Below are positions 27,591-37,800 of a DNA stretch of 64,000 nucleotides, in pieces (positions within the stretch are counted from its first letter, which is position 1; the number at the start of each line of letters is the position of its first letter). A program made the translations under genes and the position numbers. Under the pieces are notes generated by a model. It had not been told where the DNA came from. It did no database searches and worked only from the letters and a program-made list of their open reading frames with translations. The stretch is taken from IMG/VR virus record IMGVR_UViG_3300025872_000049; one strand, written 5' to 3'. Origin of the DNA: an uncultured virus (IMG/VR IMGVR_UViG_3300025872_000049) (lineage: Duplodnaviria > Heunggongvirae > Uroviricota > Caudoviricetes).

Positions 27591-29186
27591 TCATACGTCC
27601 GTCGTATCCGTCGATGGGAATGCTCGTCCATCGCCCCAGATGATTCTTACGGCTCCATTGCCGCCATTCTGCGAACCTGCCGAATATGAGGTGTCGTTGC
27701 CAGAACCACCACCACCGTAGCGACCTCCATTGCCGAGACCCACTTCGCTACTGCTTTGTCCACCAGAGCCACCCTGACCATAACTGGAACCGCTTGTACC
27801 AGAGCCAAGAATGCCAACGCCACCACCACCACCGTCTGAGACCACGGTGCCACCGGTTGAAGCACCTCCGGCACCTCCGCCACCAGACCCAGCAACTGAA
27901 GTGTAGTTAGTTCCATAACCATTGCCACCGTTGCCGGTATAACCACCCGCACCGCCACCACCACCGCCAGAACCAGTTGAATAGTAAGTGCCAATTCCAC
28001 CTGCGCCACCACCATCGCCAGTATAGGAACCGCCACTCACGTCAGCAGTTGAACCAGCGCTGCCACCAAACCCCCGAACAGTAGCGGTCGAAATGAAGTA
28101 CGAAGTCCCACCAGGGTCCGGTGAACTACCACCAGTTCCACCACTGCCTACGACAACTGTATACGTCTGGCCGGGAGTAACAGAAATATTATTCTTCCAG
28201 CCGAGACCTCCACCTCCGCCACCAGAACCTCCAGAACCGCCAGTAGAACGTCCGCCTCCGCCTCCACCAACAGCGACGACACAAACGCTTGTTACTCCAG
28301 TTGGACAAGTCCACGAGTACGTACCTGGAGTTGTATAGGCAACTTGGTCGGCAGAAGCGACGGGAGATAGGGCAGGATTCGGCTGACCAGTGATTTGATA
28401 GCGAATGATGGCAATTCCTGAACCGCCACTTTGTCCATAACCGCCGCCGTTACCTGTATTAGCGGTGCCGTTAGTGGGCGTTCCTCTATTGTACCCAAGA
28501 CCCCCATTAGAGACAGTACGAATTACTCCACCTAAATACGAAACGAGATTATAGGCACCACCATTTCCACCAGTTCCATAGTCGCCAGTTATTTCTCCGC
28601 CACTACACCCATACTTTCCGCATCCACCACCCGAGAAGGCAATTGTTCCATCAGTGAGGCCGGACGAGCCAGCGACGCCCTGTCCAGTAGTTCTAGCACC
28701 GCCTGCACCAGGAGTCTTATTTGCGTTTGTGCCTCCACCACCGCCACCGGAGCCTCCAGATTGCCCAGAAGTTGCTTCGCCTGTTACTGGGTTATATGGG
28801 GTCCCACCACACCCTCCACCAATTGACGTATAACCATAAAAAGTTGAGTTAGAGCCGTTAGAATTAGCAGCGCCTCCGGCACCAATCACTATCGGATAAC
28901 TACCAATTGCAATATTGTTGAAGGACCCACTAAGAGCGCCCCCTCCACCACCTCCGCCACCGTTTGAGCCGCCGCCTCCGCCTCCTGCAACTAGGAGAAA
29001 CTCAACAAGAGCAGTAGGAGTAGAGCGCGTAACGACGAAGTTCCCTGATGAGAGAAATACATGGGCGCGATAGGTAAAGCCACCCTCCGAGTACTCGTAG
29101 ATTGAGTCTCCACCAGTGGCATACATAGACGTCTCACTAGTAAAACCAGCCCAGCGAGACGAGGACGCTGACCCAAGTAAGGGCAT
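27591..29186 (-). CDS. Glycine-rich tail-fibre-like protein (two Gly-rich domains)
   Basis: LVAGGGGGG...GGSGIAIIRY; VAVGGGGGG...GAVRIIWG. Confidence 0.75.
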   Translation of the reverse strand: MPLLGSASSSRWAGFTSETSMYATGGDSIYEYSEGGFTYRAHVFLSSGNFVVTRSTPTALVEFLLVAGGGGGGSNGGGGGGGGALSGSFNNIAIGSYPIVIGAGGAANSNGSNSTFYGYTSIGGGCGGTPYNPVTGEATSGQSGGSGGGGGGTNANKTPGAGGARTTGQGVAGSSGLTDGTIAFSGGGCGKYGCSGGEITGDYGTGGNGGAYNLVSYLGGVIRTVSNGGLGYNRGTPTNGTANTGNGGGYGQSGGSGIAIIRYQITGQPNPALSPVASADQVAYTTPGTYSWTCPTGVTSVCVVAVGGGGGGRSTGGSGGSGGGGGGLGWKNNISVTPGQTYTVVVGSGGTGGSSPDPGGTSYFISTATVRGFGGSAGSTADVSGGSYTGDGGGAGGIGTYYSTGSGGGGGGAGGYTGNGGNGYGTNYTSVAGSGGGGAGGASTGGTVVSDGGGGGVGILGSGTSGSSYGQGGSGGQSSSEVGLGNGGRYGGGGSGNDTSYSAGSQNGGNGAVRIIWGDGRAFPSTDTTDV

Positions 29187-29188
29187 AC

Positions 29189-30040
29189 TCAGGCAAACCT
29201 TGTCTGCGACCCGAAGACCGCATAGGTCGGAGTTCCATCAACCTTTACAATTGAAAAGATATATAGGTCAATGCTATTTGCATTACCAGCGGTCGGAGCA
29301 ACGCCACCTTGCCACTTAGGCGTTACCGTTGTTCCGTCAATTTTAATCGTGGATGGGTAGTAAGCAGTTGCCCCCTGAGTGATTGCTACGGCAACAGTTA
29401 CAGACGATGTAGTTGGAAGCCATGAATCAAGAGAGGTACCACTATTGCCTCGGAAGTTAAGCGTTGGGTTACCCGAAGCCGCCGTCGTGAAGTACCAGTT
29501 GGTATCCGTTGCTAGGTCAATATCAAGAGTACCGGTGGGCGTTGTTCCAGTAATTGTCCAAGTCTCTCGTGGGTGCGAAAGGAGTGGGGTCGTAATAGTC
29601 GGCTGGGTAATCGTTGGCGTAGTGAGGGTAAAAGTCGGCAGAGTCTTCGTCCACTTCAAACCAGTTGCCTGAGCCGAGTCAGCCATTAAAATCTGGTCGT
29701 TCGTGCCGACAGACCGGACGCTGACAGTGTTATCAGCAGTACCGACGAGAATGTCACCCTTCGCATTAACCGTATTAACGCTTAGAAGGTCAGCAATAAC
29801 CTCAATCCAAGAACCGGTATTATCCTCAGCGTTATAATAGTAAAGTTTCTGAGTATCGGTCTTATAAAACAATGTGCGCGCATACTGAGCGGCGCCAGCG
29901 GGAAGAACGGTTCCAGAGATGAACCGTGCTACACGCGCTTCAAGATTCGCATGAGAATCGTCCATTTGTGAACGAGTAAATGAATCCGAGTCTTCGCTCC
30001 AGCGGTAGAGGGCAAGACGCGTTGTTTGAGAGACCGTCAT
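29189..30040 (-). CDS. Tail-fibre adaptor-like structural protein
   Basis: Paralogous C-terminus to 16293..16970. Confidence 0.65.
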   Translation of the reverse strand: MTVSQTTRLALYRWSEDSDSFTRSQMDDSHANLEARVARFISGTVLPAGAAQYARTLFYKTDTQKLYYYNAEDNTGSWIEVIADLLSVNTVNAKGDILVGTADNTVSVRSVGTNDQILMADSAQATGLKWTKTLPTFTLTTPTITQPTITTPLLSHPRETWTITGTTPTGTLDIDLATDTNWYFTTAASGNPTLNFRGNSGTSLDSWLPTTSSVTVAVAITQGATAYYPSTIKIDGTTVTPKWQGGVAPTAGNANSIDLYIFSIVKVDGTPTYAVFGSQTRFA

Positions 30041-30094
30041 TTTAACTCCTCAGATGATGAACCAATTATACAACGAGACTGTCACGCTAGAAAA

Positions 30095-30120
30095 GGAAAA
30101 GCCCCCCTTTCGGGGGGCTT
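30095..30120 (-). terminator. Rho-independent terminator after capsid gene
   Basis: aagcccccc-tttc-ggggggctt with U tract on minus strand. Confidence 0.85.
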
Positions 30121-30143
30121 CCCTCACTTCAGGTTGAACTGAA

Positions 30144-31451
30144 TCAACTCGGAGCCATGTCGAACGTGACCTTCACGAACGCCTCCGGACGCTTCACCGC
30201 AAGGGCGAGGCGCTGCTCAGCCAAGATGACGATGGCGTTGCGCACGAAGAAGTCAGCATGCTGTTCCGAGATTCGGATGCTCGCCTGCTCACGGTCGTAC
30301 AACTGGGCGCCGGTTCCGAACGCACCGATGAGCGCAGTGCCCTCGGTGATTGCCGGAGTCTCAACGACCGGGATACGCCACAACTTCGGCTCGCCACCGA
30401 GCGCCACCGAGACGGCAACGAGGTACTGACCGTTGATGTCCTTGGTGAGTTCGATGTCTTCCCAGTCGTTCGGGTGCATAACGATGCCGGTCGGCTCGTA
30501 GTACGCAAGGAACGAGAGGGTAGCCGCACGGCGAAGTGCGTCAGCCTTGGTGTCGGCAACCGGAACAGTCTCGCCATCCGACCAGTCGTAGGTCTGGATG
30601 CCCGAGGTCTGGAGCACGCCCTCAAGGTTCTCGCCAGTGCCATCACCGTTGAGAATCTGGTCGTCTTCAGCAAGACGGAGACCGTACATCAGTTCGTTGT
30701 CGATGATGGAGCGCAACTGCGGCTCATCAGCGAGAACGTTCCGGTGGGCGGCTTCCCAGTGGGCGAGGGTACGGACCGGAGCCTGAGCGCCGAGGAAGGT
30801 GAATCCTGACTGGGGCTTCTGGGCGAACGAGCCACCGTCACGCTCGGCGACGGTCGAAGCGGCGTTCGTGAAGCCGGTCATTCGGAAGTACTCAATCACA
30901 GCGGCAGTCGTGGTGCGGGTCGGGAACAGGTCACGAACGCGACGGGTACGCATCGGCGGAACCACAATCGGGTCACGCTGAACGTTACCGAACGAACCCG
31001 GCGTGCCCGAGGGCAGTGCCGAGTAGATGTCCTTGACATTCATTCCGAGGTTGGCGACGCTTCCGTTGTGCACGAAGGGCGACGGCATGTTGGCGCCATT
31101 GCGACCACCGTTCAGCGACTTGAACTCGGGCGACTCCAAGAACATCTCGCCGAGCGACTTCGCCGAGCGACCAGAGGTGAAGCCAGAAGCGGCTGCGGCT
31201 GCGGCTGCAACCGAGTCCGAAGCGGGCTGACGCTCCCAACGCTCAACATCGCGCATCGACTCAATTCCGTCGATGAGGCTCTTGATTTCCTTGATGTCGG
31301 ACATGTTCTTGTCGAAGGCGGTCTTCTGGTCGGTGGAGACCTGAACGACACCGTCTTCAATCTTGAACGAATCGGCAATAGCCTTGTTGTCTGCCATCTT
31401 TGCCCGAAGTGCAGACTGCAATTCGGAGAGGCGGCTTTCGTCTACTGACAT
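30144..31451 (-). CDS. Major capsid protein, HK97 fold with delta domain
   Basis: ED.QILNGDGTG.NL.G, MHPNDW, AEQRLALAVKRPEAFVK; start at MSVDES after AAGGAG. Confidence 0.95.
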   Translation of the reverse strand: MSVDESRLSELQSALRAKMADNKAIADSFKIEDGVVQVSTDQKTAFDKNMSDIKEIKSLIDGIESMRDVERWERQPASDSVAAAAAAASGFTSGRSAKSLGEMFLESPEFKSLNGGRNGANMPSPFVHNGSVANLGMNVKDIYSALPSGTPGSFGNVQRDPIVVPPMRTRRVRDLFPTRTTTAAVIEYFRMTGFTNAASTVAERDGGSFAQKPQSGFTFLGAQAPVRTLAHWEAAHRNVLADEPQLRSIIDNELMYGLRLAEDDQILNGDGTGENLEGVLQTSGIQTYDWSDGETVPVADTKADALRRAATLSFLAYYEPTGIVMHPNDWEDIELTKDINGQYLVAVSVALGGEPKLWRIPVVETPAITEGTALIGAFGTGAQLYDREQASIRISEQHADFFVRNAIVILAEQRLALAVKRPEAFVKVTFDMAPS

Positions 31452-31626
31452 TTCTACTCCTTGGTAGAGAGGGTTGATTTGGTGTTGGTTGTCTGACCGA
31501 TAAGGCTCAGGTAAGCACCCAGTTACCGCGTCTAGTTTCAAGATAACAGACCAAATAAAACCCGTAGTGTAACTACTTCACTTTTTGTCAGTTATGTGAC
31601 GAAGCGTCTAACAATTACTTAATTAT

Positions 31627-31794
31627 TCAACTGCTCTTTTTGGATGCTCGCGACCGAACCTCTTCATTCGGCGACATGCCTTCAAGAATAGAGCGCAAGA
31701 ACGCGCGTCGTTCGGCGCGGTCCATATTGTAGTAGTCCTCGCCAATAGATATCTGAGCGACTGAAGTGTTCTTATTCTTTTTCTCGTTCATCAT
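31627..31794 (-). CDS. Hypothetical protein (55 aa)
   Basis: GAGGAGG SD; TATCAT -10 upstream. Confidence 0.55.
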   Translation of the reverse strand: MMNEKKNKNTSVAQISIGEDYYNMDRAERRAFLRSILEGMSPNEEVRSRASKKSS

Positions 31795-31867
31795 TCCTCC
31801 TCGCTATCAATGATACAGCAGTTATAAAAGAATTGCAATAGTAATATTATGTAAGGCTTTACACAAT

Positions 31868-34432
31868 TTAGTCTTTAGCCTTTGCTTTTCGCACTTCTCG
31901 TTCGAGTTCACGCAGGCGGTCTAGCGAAATGGCACTGCTCTTCCTAGTTTTCCTAAACTCTTCAATTGTCATTCCATCTTCTAAAAGATTTTTTGCAATT
32001 TGTTCCCGTTCTGGAACAGATAGTGCCCCTATTGGCCGTCTCTGAGGCCAACGTCCGCGAATATTTGCGTGATTCCGAATGTTACGAATATCTGAGACCG
32101 GAATATTTAGTTTGGCAGCAATTTCCTCCAAGTTCCATCCTCTCTTGTAAAGAGCAATCATGTTATTTTGAACGCCGAGATACATTTCATCTGTAACGCG
32201 CGCACCAGCAATAAATTTAGCCAACTCACGCCGTTTGGCTATTTTTGGCTTAGGTTTTAGTACTCGCTTAGGAAATGCATCGGGGAACTTGCTTTTAAGT
32301 AGACTAGCCACCACGTCAACCTGCATATCAAAACGTTGCGCAATTGATACAAAAGACTCTAACTTATTACCTTTATCAATTTCAGACTGCACATAAGCAA
32401 GTATTTCATCACGCTTTAATGCATTAATACGCCTAGCAGCATATAAAGGAAGTTTATTCGTTTCTTGGTGCGGATGAGGAATTTTTTCAACCATACGGAT
32501 TGCGGCAATAAAACCCTGTTGAGTTTCTTTAAGTTTTTTTCCAACTTCTATATCTGTGTATCCCTCTTTTAATAACTCACTAATCTTTTTTCGACGTTCA
32601 GCATATTTAGGATTATCTAAGGCTCTAATCCATTGATTTAAATCTTCGCGTTCTACGTTCTGTTCTACAAGGTCCGCATTTGGAACATAAGCATTAACCT
32701 CGTCAGGCTTATTTTGTGCCCTAACATGTTGCAAATAAGGATTGAAAATTCCGTTCGGAACCGTTTCATTACCCGTACCACCACCTGGGTAGAAGGCTCC
32801 GTCCCAGTTGCCGTCTTCTTTAGCCCTTGTAATTACATCTAGGTCAGCAAGAGAAATCTGATTTTGACGAAGTGCCTCAGCCTTAGCCTGCTCCAAGTTC
32901 ATTATTTTCTTGTCATACACATCCGAAACATCGAAGTAAATGATGCCGTCTTCTGGGTTATGCCAAGCACCCAAAGCAACTTGTTTGCCATTCTTTTTCT
33001 TAGCGAGGAACTTCTCTTTATGCATTTCAAGGAATGCTTCTAGATAATCAATGCCCTCTTCGGTAACATTGCCGTCCTTATCAAATACACGGTTTGCCGG
33101 AATCTTGATGCCGTTCTTGTTGCGAGCAATTGCCCAGCCAGATTTAACGTCCGTTTTACCAGCAAGCGAGAACGTAAAACCGCCATCAGGGTCTTTCAGG
33201 CGCGCAAACAGGTCCAAGATAGTTTTCGGAACAGCAGGCACATTGTCCTCGCCTGTAGCCGGATTCGTTCTGAATCCGTCACCATCACCATCTACAGGCT
33301 CACCGTTTCGGCCGACAACATTTGCGAATCGTTGCCGACCCATTTCTCCAATGGTGCGTAGTCCAGACTTTGTTGTAACCGCATCAGATAAAGAAGTGGC
33401 GCCTTTTCGCCATGGGTGGTCGCGTGCCAACAGGTCATTATCTCCGACATACCTTGAACTTGCCGGTTTACCTGACGAAAGAATCTTGAGGAAGGCGTTA
33501 ACTCTGCCCATTGCCCACTGACCACGCGTCATGCCGGGTCGGTGGCTAACAGAAAATGCTCCGGCTCCTCTTCGGTACACAGCCTTAAGTTTTGCAACAG
33601 TCGTCAATGACCACGACGGCTTATTGGCCTTGCGCATTGCATCGTTATGCTCACGAACCTTATTCGTCAGAGCAGTTTCAGTGGATTGGTCAATGACAAT
33701 GTCGGACGCACTAGAAGTCGATGATGCGGAGCCGGATGGATTTCTCTGAGAACCACGAATTCGCTCTTTAGGCAGAGATGGCGTCGCTGCAAGGCGGTCC
33801 TTGCGCGCCTTTCTAAAGGACCGCTTAGCCTCCTTGAGAAGCATCTCGTTAAAAGGAATCTGCTTGCCTCGTCGTCGCAGGCGACGTTCTGTATAACCAC
33901 GCCCGCCTACTTCGTGGAGGCGCTCTGCAAATTTACGAATCTCATCTCGTTGTCCAAGGACAGACTGACCAGTTCGGCGCCGGTAATCCGAAACATTCGT
34001 GCACGGGGTCCAGACTCGCTCATTATCAGGTGTAACACGCCGAGCGATACCAATACACCCAAGCGCCGTGGCTCGAAGTCGGGCAGTATTTGGGTCGTCG
34101 TAGACATCGGGGTCACCGCGCCGAGGAAGGGCGCGTCCAATGATTACTGACTTTCCTGCCACCAGACCACCAGAAGGAAGAGTGTCAATGCTGGTAATCC
34201 CACGCTCACCAAGAGGCTCATAGCCATTCTCTGCTTCCCAGAGGCGCCGCTTGCGCCGTCGCTTCTTCCCTTCGCTCTTTTTCCCATATGCCTCTTCAGA
34301 AATCCGAGTCATAGTTTCTGAGTCGGCGCAAGGCAACCAATTCCCCTTGTCGTCCTGATGCGCGCCAGAGCAACCGATATAGCGAGCAATAGTCAGCGCT
34401 TGCTCACGGGTTGACTTAGGCTTTGTCGCCAT
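31868..34432 (-). CDS. Multidomain head-operon protein with C-terminal multi-HTH region
   Basis: Two A..[IL]GC.G...W.PC repeats, LKAVYRRG..QWAMGRV domain, DGDGDG, several HTH-like segments. Confidence 0.75.
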   Translation of the reverse strand: MATKPKSTREQALTIARYIGCSGAHQDDKGNWLPCADSETMTRISEEAYGKKSEGKKRRRKRRLWEAENGYEPLGERGITSIDTLPSGGLVAGKSVIIGRALPRRGDPDVYDDPNTARLRATALGCIGIARRVTPDNERVWTPCTNVSDYRRRTGQSVLGQRDEIRKFAERLHEVGGRGYTERRLRRRGKQIPFNEMLLKEAKRSFRKARKDRLAATPSLPKERIRGSQRNPSGSASSTSSASDIVIDQSTETALTNKVREHNDAMRKANKPSWSLTTVAKLKAVYRRGAGAFSVSHRPGMTRGQWAMGRVNAFLKILSSGKPASSRYVGDNDLLARDHPWRKGATSLSDAVTTKSGLRTIGEMGRQRFANVVGRNGEPVDGDGDGFRTNPATGEDNVPAVPKTILDLFARLKDPDGGFTFSLAGKTDVKSGWAIARNKNGIKIPANRVFDKDGNVTEEGIDYLEAFLEMHKEKFLAKKKNGKQVALGAWHNPEDGIIYFDVSDVYDKKIMNLEQAKAEALRQNQISLADLDVITRAKEDGNWDGAFYPGGGTGNETVPNGIFNPYLQHVRAQNKPDEVNAYVPNADLVEQNVEREDLNQWIRALDNPKYAERRKKISELLKEGYTDIEVGKKLKETQQGFIAAIRMVEKIPHPHQETNKLPLYAARRINALKRDEILAYVQSEIDKGNKLESFVSIAQRFDMQVDVVASLLKSKFPDAFPKRVLKPKPKIAKRRELAKFIAGARVTDEMYLGVQNNMIALYKRGWNLEEIAAKLNIPVSDIRNIRNHANIRGRWPQRRPIGALSVPEREQIAKNLLEDGMTIEEFRKTRKSSAISLDRLRELEREVRKAKAKD

Positions 34433-34866
34433 TACTCTTTATTTCCCTGAGATGCATTATAAATAGCGTCTAAAGCATCCATTCGAGATTGAACTTTCTT
34501 GTAGAAAGATTTAAGGTCCGAGTCCCCGTATGTTCCATCTTTATCCAATTGAATTTCAAAAATTGGAAGTCTGCGAGTTATTCCCTTGACAGCATTAAAC
34601 TTATCGCTGTAAGTATTATATTCTTCGTCGTCAAATACTAGAGTATCTACCATTGAATTTGATGACGCCCATCTATCAAATGACACGGAGTTATTTTTAA
34701 TTGTTGAAGCAATAGCAACAGAACAACCTAGAATATTGGACCAATAATCAACAGCATCTTTGGGACCTGTAACTTCGATTGTGCGCCCATCCGCAATAAC
34801 TGATACCGGAATAGCGTCTTCTGCTTTAATGCCAATCGGACCGTAAATAACCATGTACTGCTTCAT
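34432..34866 (-). CDS. Hypothetical protein, low GC
   Basis: GAGGAG SD; follows kinase gene. Confidence 0.7.
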   Translation of the reverse strand: MKQYMVIYGPIGIKAEDAIPVSVIADGRTIEVTGPKDAVDYWSNILGCSVAIASTIKNNSVSFDRWASSNSMVDTLVFDDEEYNTYSDKFNAVKGITRRLPIFEIQLDKDGTYGDSDLKSFYKKVQSRMDALDAIYNASQGNKE

Positions 34867-34892
34867 TCAATTCTCCTCAGCAAATATGAAAA

Positions 34893-37800
34893 CTATACCG
34901 CCGTTAGACCCGCTAAAAACTTGTTTCGCTGGTTAATTAGTTTGTCGATTGACAAACTAAGTTGGTCGTATACTGACCCAGCGCGTGTCTTTACAGCGTC
35001 CGCTACGCCAAAAACCTGAAGTTGCGAATCGGGAAGGTTGTCTATGGCATTCTTAACGAATGCGTCTCTCCCTCCGGCTTTAATTGCTCTCCCTCGCTCA
35101 ATCATGCCATCATAAACATTCATGATGTCATCAATTTGCTTGGCGCGCTCTGCTTGTGGCAGTTTTTTGAGATGGCTATTCATTGACCTGAGAAGTGTCC
35201 CATCTGCCCAGAATGCCCTCTGATAGTCACCTAAATCCATAGGGCTTTGTGCGCGCCTAGCGCCCCAGTCAAGGTCAATAGGAATAACCATCGGTTTCCC
35301 ACCAACCATTGCGCCCATGTGGTTTTGGTCATGTCGGTCAGGAACCTGAAGAATATAGTTCAGCAAAAAACCTGCGAGTCGCTGAGGGTGCGCCTTATCC
35401 GGCTCTCCTGCAAACTGCTGTGGCGTGAAATTCGGAAAACCAGCACCGTTTTTCAGCCCAGCAGCCTTAGGGTCAACGATTTGTCCCTGAGGCGCGCGAT
35501 TCCATGCAAACGGAATAATTGCTGCCGGAACACCATTTCGACCACGAGCAGGACCATCAAATCCGGCAGCGTCAACATTAATTCCAAGGGCATTTGCTAA
35601 CTGGAAGTTAAGAACTGCGTTGACATTATTTCTGTCGTCATCCTTATCATGCTTAAGGACAAAGCCCATTCCAGTTGGCTGACCCTTGGCATCAAGTGCA
35701 ACAAAAATCTTAGTGTCACCAATAATTCCGCCGTTTTTCACAACTTCCATGTACTGCTTTTTGCCCTTATTATTAGGGGAAACATGCCCCACGAGGGCAG
35801 CCCACCACAGGTCACGGGGAATGTCTTCAATGGAGTTGCCATCGTTAAGCCATTTCACGGCATCCTGAGAGTTTTTAATCTTAGAATTTGGTCGTGGCCT
35901 TACAACTGGCATGGGGTTATCTGGTGTTCCATCTTCACCAAGTTTTGGAACCTGCTTCACTCTCTTGCGAGGAGTATCAGGTACGAGCACATTTAGAGCG
36001 TTGCCATATTCTGGTTGCGCCTCAGGGGTATTTGCGTCAGGCTGGGGCTTGACAACACGCTCAGGATTTGCCGGAGCGTTTGGCTTCGGTGTCGGTGCCT
36101 TTGGAGCAGAAGGAGCCTTATTGGCATCTCTCCGATTCTTGTCAAGAATTGCTAAATGACGCTTTTTCGCATCTCGCAATATGGCAAGTTCATCGGTTGC
36201 TTGATTGTATCTATACAGCAGTTGTGCGCGACGCGCCTCTGACTTTTCAGTTTGAAGCACTTGAACAGTTTCACGTTGTAACTCTTCTCGCTGATTAATA
36301 CGCCAATCAAAGACATCGAATAAACCAGTGCCTACAAACTCTTCAGTTCCATCACGGTATTTTTTGAGGGCATTACTCCGTACAGTCCCTCGCCAAATAT
36401 AGTCAGGGTGCTTTCGGAGTTTCACCGCTTCGCTTGGACTCATACCAGGCGGAGGAGCGTTGAACTGACTTGATGGGGGAGTAAATCGCGGTTTTCTATC
36501 CGAAACCGGAGGCTTCGGAGTACGAGTCGGACGATTGCTCCTGATACGACCAGCGGTTGAAGCATTAGCGCCATCAATAAACTTCTGGCGACGCTTGGGT
36601 CCGACCTTGTTAATTAGGTCGATATGGTCAGGGTTGAGTGCGGCACGAGGTGGACGCCTATTAATTTGCTGTTCAAGGTCGTTCAGTACGTCCCAGTCAT
36701 TGGCATTAGCCTTAAGCACGCCAATATACGCACCGGGCTTATTGTTCTCGCGCTGCTTGATGTAATCCTTAATTGCCCGACTTGTAACCGGCTCATTGGC
36801 TCCGAGACCGAGGCGCTTGCGCCAGTCAGCATCAAGGCGAGCCTTTTCATCCATCACAAGACGCTTTAGGCGGAAGTTCTGGTCAGCATCAAGTTGAGCA
36901 GCGTCCAGCATTTTTCCGCGCTGGCGCTTGGGTTGAGGACGACGAATCGGCGTGCTGACTGCTTGTTGAACTCGCGCCGAACGACTACGGGCACGAACAG
37001 ATACTGGAGCCTTCGGAGTCTTCGGAGTCTTCCAAAGACCGTTATCTTGGCGATGATTAAACTCCTCAAAGACCAGTCGATAACCATCCCGAGGTTCAAG
37101 ACCTTGGTTATTGCGTAGAAAAATGGTCTGATTTGTATCTAAAAGGTCCATCAGGCGTGCGAGGTCTTCATCGGAAAGGTCCGCAACCTCGAATGGGACA
37201 GGGTCCTTTTCCTTATGCTTCTTGAGAATCTTCAATAGTTCATCGTCAGAGAAGCCATCAAGATTCTTCTTGACAGAAGGGGCTTTTGGTACGGGCTTAG
37301 GAACTGGCTTACGAGCCTGGGGAGCGTTAGGGCGATTGGGACGAACCCTCGGCACGCTCTGATTCGGTTGCACATTCTTCTTCCATGCATTAAAAGAGAG
37401 AACGGGTTCAAGTTGCGGTGCTTCGCCAGGAATTAAGAGATTCCCATCCGGAATTGAGTCAAGATATTCGTTATATTGCTGCCAGTCAGAATCTGAAATA
37501 TTGGCTGGGCGGTTTTTACGGGCGTTAGCGATACGCCTCGTTTGAGCGTCAATACCATCAACCGGAATATTTCTCGGTTGACGTTCCTCGCCTCCGAGAA
37601 CACGCTGAGCGGCGCGCTCTAGAGCAACAGCCGCCCGTCCCTGACGATTCAGACCATCACGACGCTGCTTACGCTGAGGCTTCAACTTGTAAACACGAAC
37701 CTCACGCTTGTACGCGTCCGGAATCTCCATCCGGCGATTGACCATTTCTTGAAGAATCTCAAGACGCTCTTGCCGACGACGAGCCTCAACATCGCGTCCC

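Noticed and set aside
32850..33190. SAM-lyase-like call for the middle domain of the 854-aa protein
   Set aside because: Only a vague A...Q.S[IL] resemblance; needs a structure search
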